Of a stretch of 64,000 nucleotides of DNA, positions 9,501 to 21,900 are shown in pieces; position 1 is the stretch's first letter, and each line of letters starts with the position of its first letter. The position numbers and the translations under genes are program-made. The notes beneath the pieces were generated by a model. The model saw nothing but the letters and a program-made list of their open reading frames with translations. It was not told where the DNA came from and did not search any database. The DNA lies in contig JBEWZL010000300.1 in the NCBI GenBank assembly GCA_045837725.1, forward strand, positions 1 through 64,000, given 5' to 3'. This stretch comes from Vermamoeba vermiformis (taxonomy: Eukaryota).

Positions 9501-11723
9501 AAAACGATATAGATACCTTGTTGCAAATAATCGAACATATCCCGATCTTTGTCCTTCGGGAAAAAGAAGCCAAATGCATAAGAACAGCTCAAAATTTGTC
9601 GACAAAGGACCAACTGACTGGCTGCCTCCAAGCCGTACTCGAATAAAGGGTTCTTGTACCTTTGCAAGGTATTATACAGCACTTTGACCATTTTCTCCGC
9701 AAATATTTTTGATTGTTGATGATTTTCGTAGCGAATCACTAAAAGCGATTAGCAAGCATTACAAAAACAACGAAAACTTACAGTGGTGGTTGTAAAACGC
9801 TGAATCGTCCATTTTTCTCTTGGTCTCGTCGTCGTACGACACAAGAACTCGCCCTTTGGGACGATTGCAGACATAGAAACCCGCGTGGTCAGTCCACGGA
9901 CCATTGCACACCCAACAGAATTCATACTTGCAGCGCTACAACTAGAGTTAGACTTTAATTCATAATGAAATCTGACATACACGGCACGTCATATGATTGC
10001 AGCCTTCGTTCTTTTGAATAAACCTAAACATGTCCGTCAATAGCGGCAAGTGCAACGTGGAAACTTACACTTTACATTTTGGGCAGAGTTTTGTGTTGGT
10101 TCTTAACCACGCCAAACTCTTCTCTTCATCCAATCGTGACGACTTGGTGAAGTCAGCTAGCATTTGGCATGTTGCTGGCGCGTGCGTTTCCCTGCAAATT
10201 AATCAACACATGGCTTAAAATATACTAACGTACGTGTTGCACTCGAAGCAGAAGGCATAGCCACACGAGCACTTTGCGTAGTTGTTGTACAAAAACTCCG
10301 ACTTCACGACGCAAGAGTAACGGCAATACTTTCCAGGGCACCAGCGAAGGTAGGGATTGCAGTCGACATAATTCTAATTACGTTAATATGAGAATACATT
10401 ATTTTCCTCTTGCCTTCAATAACAGAATGGAGTACATATTGTACGTTGGCTTATCCACTAACTGCTTCACGATATCCTGACCAATCACTGTTTTGCAATT
10501 GTAACCAGGGCAAGTAATGTCGTAGCTGCGACCCTCGTCACGGATTTTGAGTGTCACATAAGAGCGATAGCAATCTAAAGACATTAGTAAATTTACTAAA
10601 CGTGCGCTAAATTGAATATTACCCTTGCAAAACGCGTGGTTACAGGTTTCTAAGAATACGATGTCGTCTGGCTCCAAGTCATCCGTCATGCATAGCTCGC
10701 AGGAGGAAATAGGAACCGACGAACTCTTGTTGAGCGCTGAGATATTCAAGCCAGCCTCTTCTAACGTTTCTTTTGGAAATGATAGGTAGCGAGCCATAAC
10801 CCTGCAAGTGTTAAGCGTGTATCAGCATTATGTAATCTTACTTATCGGACCGCCACTTAAAGTGGTTTAACAACATTTGGGCTACTCCTCTTGGCACGGA
10901 GAGTACTTCGGTGAGCTAATCGACAGTGAGCCAGTGACAATTACGCATGGGTTAGGGTTCAACTCACCTTTAATACGTCCTCTTGTTGAATTTGAACGAG
11001 TTCTTCGGGGCTGTAAGAAACAGAATCTATTTGTGGACGATCGGGGATCTCTCGACTAGCCAAAAGAGGCTTCTCCGACGATTCAATCAACTCGTTGCCA
11101 GAAAAATTACAGAAAGCCAGAGGAACGGGTTGTTCATCGACTGGCTGCACGACTATTACCTCTGGCTGCTCCAAAGCTATTAGAATATTGTCGCAATAAA
11201 TATTGGCGGCTACCTTTGGAGCAGGAGACTGCGAACTTTCCAAGATCGGATCTGATTGCTCTTCGTTCATCGTTCTATTAACGTTTACATGATTATCCGC
11301 GAGCCAATCTTGAGCAAACGTTAACAAGTCAAAAATCATTACTGAACCAATGAGCTCTTCTGCCTAAAAAGACTACTAAGTAAACGTTATGAATAGACTG
11401 CGTTTACCTTATTTGCCATCGCACTTTGTAAATTGCTGATAATTTTTCCATCCAATAATACTTGTATCGATGGCACTTCGTTAGGATAAGCATTGCCACG
11501 TGTAATCGTGATGCACACTAAATTCAAAAAAATTGAAATTTAATTTTTAAAATAACTGAGCTGATTGTTCAAAGATTGGAAGAAAGCCAAAAATCATACC
11601 ATTCAATAACTGATTTTGTGGCACATTATAATTGTAAATACACTCGCGATCAGATCCAAACTGAATTTCATCGTTGTAGATCGCTAATAAAGCTTCGTTT
11701 TCGAGGGCTATCTCCGCGTCCAT
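6587..11723 (-). CDS. RWD - RBR (Ariadne-type) E3 ubiquitin ligase fused to RCC1 repeats and two BTB domains (multi-exon)
   Basis: RWD: ENEALLAIY, AYPNEVPSI, AEELIGSVMIFDL. RING1: CELC..CNHAFC..CPGYNC. IBR: LRWCPG..CSCGYAFCFEC..HAPATC. RING2: TKLCPKC..IQKNEGCNHMTC..FCWVC. Ariadne domain: IRYENHQQS..QLVLCRQILSCSYAFGFF. RCC1: GEFHTVALTESGNVYAWG, ACGRSHT. BTB: FSDLKF..NKIVLAARSEYF and FSDIEV..HKFILSARCPYF. Confidence 0.85.
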
Positions 11724-11972
11724 TTCTAAATAAATATGCTTTCAATATTGCTTTACAATCAACTTGGCATTGTAGCTAGGCCATGATTTTCTGGTTAAAA
11801 TCGCCAATCTATTGAAGTTGCAACAACTCCGATTCGGTCAAGGGAGGATAACTGGCTGCGCCAAATGAGACCGGCTGAAACATTTCGTTATACCGATGGA
11901 CGTCTCGACTTCTAGCTCTCACATGGAATTAATATTTCTATTTGTTTATTTACAGCTTAAATATACGAAAAC

Positions 11973-13059
11973 TTATTTGGGGAGAACCTTGGTGTGCTTA
12001 AGGAAGTCCTTGTATTTCGCTAAGATAATGGAGAAGACACCGAAGCAGATCAACAAGATGGAGATCAAGAACAGCCAAACCTTGCCACCCGGGTTCCGTT
12101 GCAACTCCAGCAAAGCACCTGAATAAGCTACATCAGAGAACGAACAAGAAAGGACGAAAAAGATATGTTAACTTACCACCAAGACCGAGGTTGACAAGCT
12201 GGTGATCACCAGCCACTTTGAAGTACAAATACGCGAGCAAAAAGTAAGTTATCGCTCTGCCAACGTAACCTAAGTAGCCCAAAACCATAACAAGACGGCG
12301 GGCCCAAAGAGGGATCTCCCATTCCTTTAATTGTTTGCGGAACTTGCCTCGGATCGCGTTTTTAAGTTGGAAAGCCCCAGAGAGGGTGAATAAAATACCA
12401 AAAATGATGAAGAAGGCAATACCTCCAGGAGCGTTCAGAATTTTGGCGCTCCAGCTATTCCCCGGACCACCACTGCCACCAGAAACACCACTACCACGGC
12501 CAGTCAAACTGAGAACAACGGATGTAGCAAAGTAAGCGTAGAGGAAAGCAGACCAGATGGGAAGCAAACGATAAGTCAAGATTCTCTTCCATCTTTTCTT
12601 GTTCGGGTCATCTGAAATGCCACTAATTGCTTCGTACAAACGCCACAAGGCGTAGGCGTAAAGTCCAATAATAAGGATCCACAAGATCCATTGACCGCTG
12701 GGCTGACCAGCCAATACTTTTAAATCGATTAGCGACCCGGACAGTACATTTTTATCGTCAAAACTTACGTTCAACGACACCATTCTTGTCGGGAGTAGGT
12801 GCGGTATTACTCCAGCAAGCTGTCATTGCCAAAGCCTAAAACCAATTAGCTTCTATCACTTGAAGCAATACTGTAGAATACTTACACCAATGATGATGTA
12901 AATCACACCACGAGTAATGTAGCCGATCCGGCCGAAAGCACGAGCCCAACGAGGGTTAATCTTTCGTTGCACTCGAGCATCATTGCGGTCCATAGCTTGA
13001 GCAGCTTCGTGGCCTGCTCCTTTAACTTTCTGCACGGCATCACCTGCGTTATCTACCAT
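11973..13059 (-). CDS. DUF1206-like multi-pass membrane protein (3 exons)
   Basis: ARAFGRIGYITRGVIYIIIG, LKVLAGQPSGQWILWILIIGLYAYALWRLYEAI and GALLELQRNPGGKVWLFLISILLICFGVFSI follow the repeated DUF1206 pattern. Confidence 0.75.
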
Positions 13060-13758
13060 GTTTGTTGTTCGTTGTTGTTTTGTTGAGTTGAATGAAGCTG
13101 ATGAAGAAAGAATTAATTTAAAGTGCGCAAATAACAATTCTACTGGAATCGTACCGAAGATATCTTGCATATTTCAACAAATTGCGCATTCACAGGCCTT
13201 GCAATACTCAAAAAGGAATCGGTATAACGAGGTGCCGATCTGTTGGCCGGAAGTGCCCCGTGTTTGCACCGGAAATCGAGCTCGATTAATGAGTTTACTG
13301 ACATACTCGACAAGGTCTTCGCCATGCTGTCTCAACTATCGGCAACTACTGCGAAGAGAGGTTCATTCGGCAGGTTCTTCGAGAAATTTCACGTAAAAAG
13401 CTCGGGCCAACTGTCATCCTGTCGTAAATCGGCACTGCCATGATGCGTTATCTATGATCATCTTTCAAAAAATCACATCATCTTTGTTCACCGGTTATTT
13501 AGCTGATTTTCTGGAAGTACTAAAATTAACACAGATTTTTTTGCGATATAAAAATTAAATTAATTATTGCGGTGTCTAAAATTATATTTGCAATAATTTT
13601 GCGTCCCTGCTCCGCAATATTACCAAAAAATTGGCATGGAATTAGATTGTAAATTAGACTCAATGCGAATCCTAGCAGCAAATCTCGACCGAGCTTACGG
13701 CATACAGATCAAACGAAACCTACTTTACTTTTGTGGTAATATACAAGCAACGCCGTGA

Positions 13759-16700
13759 TTACTGGTTCAACATTTTTTCTTGCTCGAGCTTCAACTGAGC
13801 TAATTTGGCTTGGTACTTCTGCGCTTCGTCAATACGTCCTTGGCGTTCATATAGATCCGCAAGATTCTTGTAACGATTGAGCACGTGAGGATGGTAATTA
13901 CCGAGCGTTCTTTCAGAGATCTCAATTGCTTTTTTAAACATTGGCTCCGCCTTAGTATAATTAAACTGATTTTTGTATACTTGAGCCAATCTACACAACG
14001 AAAATCAGTACGTGCCAAGCGCAGATCTAAATTGATCAAAAATTACCCGTTCAAATTCTCCGCGACTTCGGGGTGTTCTTCGCCAAATAATCGACGATTA
14101 ATCTCAAGAGCACGCAAGTATAACTTTTCAGGCCCTTCGTAATCATACCGGCCTAGACAAAATGTGTTTAGTAACTTTGCACCGGTAAAAAAGCAAAATT
14201 TACCTTGTTTTCGATAAGCTTCCGCCAAATAGTTGAGAGTTAGAGCAACTTTTTCGTGATCTTTACCAAAGTTCTTTTCGAAAATAGCAAGAGCTTGTTT
14301 ATGCAACTCGATACCTTTGTCTAAGTCGCGTCTAGATTGAGCGAGGACGATGGCAAGACTAGCGTGCAAGTGTCAAAAAAAGGTACGTAACTGAGTGTAT
14401 TATTGTGCAAAGACATACCCGTTCAAATTGCCCGCAACAAGCTCGTGTTCCTCGCCGAATAACTTCTTGTTGATGTTCAGAGCTCTTTCGTAGGCAGCCC
14501 ACGATTTATCCCAGAGCTTCAATTTGCGATACACCACACCAAGGTTGTGCACGTAAAGAGCAACCTTGGGATGCTCAGATCCGTAAACCTTTTCGATAAT
14601 TGAAAGAGATCTGCTGTAGAAAGCTTCGGCCTCGTCGTATCTACCGCGCTTCTTTGAAATCATGCCCAACGCGTTCAAATTTTCACTGACCTCAGGATGA
14701 TCCGCACCGAGATACATCTCGTTCAAGCGTAAAGCCCTGGCAATTATTAGAATTGCAATCGAGAACAATTTCAGCTCATACCTCTTGTAAAGCTCGGTAG
14801 CAGCAGTGTACTTCGCTTGGATCGAGTAAACATCAGCCAGGTTGTTCGCAAAGGAGGCGATCTTGTTGTGCTCTGGATCGAATACTTGCTCGATGATGTC
14901 GATAGCCCGCTTAATGTGCTCTATAGCTAGATCGTACTCTCCTCTATGCTTTTCAATCAATCCAAGAGAGTTCAAGTTCTCTGCAATTTCAGGATGAAGG
15001 TCCCCGAACTGCTTCGTGTTGAGCGCTAAACTGCGTTGATACCTGCCACGGTCATTAGTAAGGTCAGAGTAATATTATGATCTTACAGTTCATAGGCCGT
15101 TGAGCTCTTGCCGAGTTTACGCTCCACATCAGCCAAATCCGTACAGATCAGGGCAATTTTGATGTGATCGGCACCGTAAACCTTCTCTACGATATCCAGT
15201 GCTTGCAAGTACAATGGTTTAGCCTTTTCGTACTCTCCTTTCTTCTTCAGTACACGTCCTAAGCTGTCCAAATTTTCGGCCACACTCGGATGCATTTCGC
15301 CGTAAGCGTGACGATTGATGTCCAAGGCTTTAACATACAACTCCTCCGCATTATCGTACGAAGCTTGCTTTCGATAGATATCTGCAAGAGTTTGCATGTA
15401 CATGCCAACAGTGGGGTTGCTCGGTCCGTAGAAGCTTTCGGCAATCTTCGTAAAGATTAGTCCGGTTCGAAATCGTTTGAGAAAGTCATTACCTCGATAG
15501 CTTTTTTATATGCCAAGATAGCAGCAGCAAAGTTACCGCGCTTCTTGTTGATGAAAGCGATAAGCCAGATCGACTGAGCTGTAGTGGGGTGATTTTCGCC
15601 ATACAACTGCGTTCTCAGCACCTTAGTCTTTTCTGCATTTTGCAAAGCGACATCATAAGATGCTTGCTCGGCCTGTAGCGCTGCATAATCATACAAGAAG
15701 TTTGTATACTCCGCAGATTTTTCACCGAAATTTGACTTGAATACAGAATGCGCCATTTCGAAAACTACGAGTGCCTTATTTTGCAAGTCAGTACTAAACT
15801 ACTTAATGCTATCGACAACATACCTTTGAAGGATTTCCAGAGTCTCTCAAAAAGTTGGCAATTTTGTAGCTCAACAAAGCAAACTCGGTTGGCTTCGTGT
15901 ATTGCAATGCTTGAAGAGATTTCAAGTATAATTCTGGCGCTTCGGACAGAGCTTTTCGATAGTGTCAGAACTCGTCTAATATTGTATCTAAGTGCTTACC
16001 TTTGGTCATTTGCCAGTACTTCAAAAGCTGGTATTTGGTGAAGTCGTTGTAAATCATCTTGAACACCTCAATGTCAAGCAAGAACTGCTTCATTCTCGCC
16101 GCATCGTTGATGAACATCAAGTGAGATGGATACTCACTGACTTTACGTGGTGTCAGGGACTTCTCATGGAAGAAATTGGCAAGCAATCTATGGTAATGCG
16201 CTTCGGTAGCAGGGTCGTCCAAGTATCTCTCCTTAATTGCCTGAAGAACACTCTGGTGAGCAATTGAAAGCAGACCCGAAGTGTCAACAAGTGCGTCCTT
16301 CGCAGCATCCACGAAAGAACTCCAAGTGGCTTGCTGGGCTACATTGGTAATTCCGCTTAGCTCGGACTCCAAAAGGCCGTTGTTAGAACAGTAAATCAAG
16401 CACAAAACATCTTTCACGAACTGCTGTGTGAAGTCTTTCTCCCATTGAACAAAGATTTTCTGTGTTTGTCAGTTAACATGTCGATCGACTCGCGAATTTA
16501 AACTTACGTCTTTGAACAGCGAAGTCAAGTCTTTCGCGCGCAAAAGATCGACGATAAACAAAGTCAACTGGTCATACTCGCCAAAGACGCGAAGCTGGTC
16601 GAGTATAGCCACCAAGAACAACGGATTGGCCGTTTGCTTCGAGTCGACCAAGTGGAAGATTTGCTCATGACTCAACTTCTTGCTGAATCTGCTCAAGAAC

Positions 16701-18860
16701 GCTTCGATCAGTTGTCTCTTCTCTTGATTCTTCAACGAGTCCAACTGAGAATAGGAGGTGAGTTAAACTATACCCTACAGTTGCAACTAACTTACGACTA
16801 ACGAACTAGTCCAGCCTTTTCTTGCGCAGGTGTCATACATTGTAGATTCTGATGATACAGTAACGATGACACGCACGTTATTCGGGAATAAGCCAGGCAA
16901 CCAGAGCAGACTTTTTCCCTTATCTTCAATTTGATCGAGGCCATCGAGCACCACAACCTGCATAACACGGTTAGAAAACGCTGGATACGTTTCGCTTCAA
17001 CGTACTGTTCGTGTTTGACCGCTGCACAATGCAAGCCACTCAGACAAACTATGCATCAGCTCATCGGGATTGGATGGAATGTCTTTTACAATGTTGAATC
17101 GCTTCTTCAAGCAACCCAACACGTAGCGAAGCACGGTATTGACATCATTGTGTAACACTCCGATGAAGTCAACAACAATGCCATCGGCCAAGTTCTTTTT
17201 CTTCTGTTCGAGCCACCACGAACTAATGAGCGATGTCTTTCCTGAACCAAGAGGACCCGTAATAACGAGGGGAGTCGATGTATTAGATTCTATGTGCGAT
17301 TCGATTGTGCTAAAGTAATAAGGCTTTCCAATGTATAGATCTGCCTTGTCCAGGGCAATATCGTATTGTGCAGACAATTCACGATCTATTTCATCAAAAC
17401 CTTCGGCCTCATTCAGCGGGAAGTCACTGTGAAAGTTAGGGCGTAGCTAATATAACGCAGAAACTTACCGCTCGATCATAGCAGTCAAATCTTTTAAGAT
17501 CTGATCGGCGACTTGTTCGGGCGTGCGATAGTCTTTGCAAGGCAACTTGCTGTACTTGATCCGTGCTTTCAGATCAATTAACTTTGATCTTTCGTATTCG
17601 CTCTCGGGTTCATAATCTATTCAAACATTAATAAATAGTTGACTTACTACGGACTACGCACTTTTTCTTTCAATGATGTCAATACCGTGAAGGTATTCAG
17701 GATCTCGCAAGTAAAACAAGCTGTTCGTGCTGAGCTCGGGGTAGAACAACGAGCCATACAACATCTCAAGCTCGGTCACACTTCTGTCTGTGTAGGAGGC
17801 GAGCCAAGGATGCAGCTGTTGCGCTTCTTCAAAGCTCTGCCTATAAATAGCAATTTTGATTAATTACCAAATTTGGTCAAAACAGGATCATGACCATTTA
17901 AGGTGAATTTTGAATGCACTCAACGTTAAAATACTCACTGCAATACTTTGTCCATAATAGCTCTGTTTTGAGTCCAACCGTATCGTTCTCCGAGCAAACC
18001 AATCATGTAAGGACGACAGTGATCGATCTACCACGAGATTAATAAATGTATTGATGCACCCAATGGATATTCGCTTGCTCTATTAAACTTACCTCATTTA
18101 AACACAATGAAATAACTTTGCCTCCTGCGGACTCTTCGCTTGTGATACCCCATCTAAAATCTACCCAAAATTAATTATAAAATCGCAAATTAAAATTGAA
18201 TCACACTTACCAACATAAACAAAATTGACTTTGCGCTTCGCACAAACACGCTTGATCTCAGGGAAAACTTTTTTAACTAACAAGTTTCGCTCTTGCTGCA
18301 TATCCCTAAATAAATGTTAGAATACCTGAAACTGTTGTGCTTCTAAGGTATACACAGCCTTACTTAAACGTTGATGAAACAAACAGCTTGATATTTCGAG
18401 ATTTCTTGTTGCGTTCAGTTAACTCGCGAATGTGCTCGAATGAGGGTTTATCCACATATTCTACAGAAGATAGAACGGGTATCTCAGAACTACGTCCAAT
18501 GGATCCGCTGTTCTGTAACGAATCCGTGCCGAAACCTAAAAATAAAATTAAAGACCGATCTAGAAAATTTCCTTTTTAACAAAAGAAAGGAAATAATACG
18601 CAGATAACGTATGAGAACATTCGTGGTAATAGAAATAAATTTTTCAGATTGTCCCTTCAAATAAAATTCAAATTGTATTACTTGTTGAATTCCGTTTCAG
18701 GATCGTATGCAGACTTATTTGTGCACTTACTTCCACTGCTTGATAAATCAACTTCTTGCTCGAATCTTGCATACAGCTCGGTCTTCCTAGCTTCATAATC
18801 CTCTTGGAAGATAAATCCTGATCTAAATAAATCCTCTAGCTTTTCGAGCTCTCTTTGCAT
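13759..18860 (-). CDS. DUF4062 - NACHT/AAA NTPase - TPR protein (nephrocystin-3/TEP1-like architecture) with a SHOCT-like N-terminus
   Basis: LFVSSTF.DMQQER, DFRWGIT, CLNEIDHCRPYMIGLLGERYGW; Walker A GPLGSGKTS; Walker B VVVLDGLDQ; many 42-aa kinesin-light-chain-type TPRs (YGEMHPSVAENLDSLG). Confidence 0.88.
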
Positions 18861-18983
18861 GCTGATGCTTGCGTTGTGTCACCCTTTACGTAAAAATAAA
18901 TTAACAAGAACAAGAACAGGCCCACGAACAAAACTGTAAACATGTCCCTTTCTTTGTTGCCACTTTTTCTCGATCTTGACAAC

Positions 18984-21900
18984 ATGGCTAAGTGTGGGGC
19001 TTGTAACGCCTCCACCCAGGACTGTCACACACTATTTGCTTGCACAACATGCGCCGATCCGCACTTCTTACTGTGCGCATCTTGCGAGCCCATGTCAATG
19101 ACGTACCATCACTGGCGTCATAGTTTCCTTCTTATCGAAAATTATGATATCCAAAAGCAAACAAAGGCACCACATTTTATTGCGAATCTTATCACCAATA
19201 ATAAACTTAACGGTAAGCTGACAGATTTTACATCTGAAATTTGGTTGCCGGCTGCCCACCAAGCTTTTGAGGGCCCCAAAAAATATAATTTGCTTACTGC
19301 GTCTAATTTTTAATGGATTGACTTCCAGATGAGGCATACAACACTATTATCACGAAGAAACACAACCAAAAATGCGACTGTTGCTTAGGATCAATCCACG
19401 GCATTAAATATCAGTCGGTGCCTATTTCTACAACCGAGAAAAAAGTAAATTTGTGCGATTCTTGCTTTCACTTGCCTCATCGACAAGATGATCCCCAATG
19501 GTCCCAAATCTTTCTTTGGGTGAAAACAAGATCCTTATTCATGTTAACACAGCAACCTTTAAAGTCATTCCAGGCACGTAGTTTGTTTTACTGCTCGTCG
19601 TTGGACGTTAGCTAAATTATTGACAGGCCGTCGATCTGAAGCAAGACATCGTTAATAATATGCCCCCCGCGTCCAATAAGGCACCTGTTTCGAATAACAA
19701 AAAATCCACTGCTACAGAGAAAAAGGCAAATGGCTACGAGTATAACGCAGAGGACAAAGCTCAAGGTCGTTACACTCTCTACGAACCGAACTCAGAGAAA
19801 GGTGACGACGATATTGACAGCCAGCCTGGACTGCGCACCGGAGTTTATACAAAGAGCGACAACAGCTCTCAAGCTCCGGATAAAGGAAGATACGAAGACA
19901 ACGAAGAGCTGTACAAGGATTCTTACGAGGACAACGAAGAACAGCAGACCAGCAACAAATCAAAAGGGTATTATGAAGACACTCAATACGACACTTATAG
20001 CTATAACACAGACAAATCGTCCACACAGAAAAATTTGTACGAAGATAACAATGAAGAACCTAAAAGCAAAGGATATTATGACAGTAGTAAGGACGCGTCT
20101 TATAGTTACAATACTGACGATAGCAAGGTACCACCATCAAAAGGGAGCTACGAAGATAACGAGGAAGAACAGGAAACGCCATTAAAAGGTTACTACGAAG
20201 ACAATAAAGATGACTCGTATAGCTACAACACGGAGAAACAGCCGAGTCCCAAATCGAAGGGTTATGAAGACAACAAAGAAGATTCATATAGCTATAATGC
20301 AGACAAACAGCCCAGTCCCAAATCAAAAGGCTATTATGAAGACAAAGAAGATTCCTACAGCTACAACACAGAGAAAGAACCGAGTGGCAAATTGAAAGGC
20401 TATTATGAGGACAGCCAAGATGAGTCTTACAGCTACAATGCAGATGACACCACAACGGACAAGCCTGGATACGAATCCAAAGGTCGTGCACCCAAAACCG
20501 AGTACGACGATGGGTATGCCTATAACTCTTCGCACTCTGAAGGAAAAGTTACTCAGACTCCAACCGCCACCGACGGATATGGCAACGAAGACAGCTACGG
20601 TTACAATGTACAATCTGAAGGAGGCACTTACGTCGATAACAGCGAGGCAGAACATGATAAGAAACCAGGAAAAGGATCATACGAGGACGATGACTACGAG
20701 AGCACCGACAGCGATCACTCGGGTGCTGAACCATTTGAAGTGCATCAAGGAGGCTACTTGCAAGGCGATGACGAGGGAGAAACACAAGACGGATATGGTG
20801 CGCACTACAAAGATCGAACTGGATTTTACAAGGACAACGAGAAACCGCCACTCGATGCCTCAGCTCCGATACCCGTGCACCCACCTAGACCCGTAGCACC
20901 AGGTACTGTTCACTTTCTTATTCGCTTTCGTTCTAACTCTATGCAGCTGCGAACGGCGCTCGTGACTGGAATGAAGAGTTTCAAAACATTCAGATTATGG
21001 ATGACTCGACTCCTGAAGCTGCACTGGAGAAGTTGTATCGCATGCACATGCTTTCGAAAGAGTTCACGGAAAAGGCTGTTAAGCTTGGCAAGACCATTAT
21101 CGAAGAGGTCGACAAGCCAGCAGATCAGAAGACTATCAAACCCAAGAATATGGGAGGTGTTGCCGGTGGTGAGAAATACTCCGAGCAAGGCATCTTTTTC
21201 AAGTTCGCCATCGATTTGTTCAAGATTTATGGTGGCGATGAGTTCGCTATCAAAGCGGCCGGTCTCGAGTTACAAGGATTGAAGTGCTTGCTCCAGACTG
21301 GCATTAAGGGATTGCACTATCCGTTGATGATTCTTATTGACTACCGTGGCTATCGATTAATTGGTAAGTGCACGATCGCTACCACCAAATAGTACTAATG
21401 CTGATCTAGCTACTAGCATGCTTCCGCTTGACGCAAACTCGCTGATTTACGGTAGCGGTGATGGTGCTAAGACAATTAAAAAGGAAGACAAGACCTTCAG
21501 CAAGTTAATGAAGCAAGTTGGTGCGAAGCTCAATTTGAAGAAACATCAGGTAGCTTTTGCATTTTAGACTTACTGATCGTATTAACCTTTGCTAAGGTCG
21601 GTTTTGGCGCCATTACTAAACGGCTGTATGCTCCGGCAGACATCGAAGGTCATCGTGGCAAAGATGGACGCTATTACCTGCTCGATACGGCACGTCTGTT
21701 CCCCGCTGAGCCTCCTGCCAGAAACTTAACTGGCCTATTGATTCATGCCTACGATAGAACTCGTGACGAGCGGTAAGTACCTAGTCATTGATACGCAAAA
21801 ACTAAAATTTAATTGCGTAGTTGGCAACCACTGCCTGAGATATCTTACGTGCCCAGTCTCGTCTCAGACAAGCTCATGCGCCAACTCGATGAGTATCTAA

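Noticed and set aside
13058-13443. Short ORFs upstream of the DUF1206-like gene
   Set aside because: No recognisable motifs or splice structure; probably promoter or intergenic DNA.
19712-20896. Long overlapping alternative-frame and antisense ORFs
   Set aside because: They are by-products of the coding tandem repeat.
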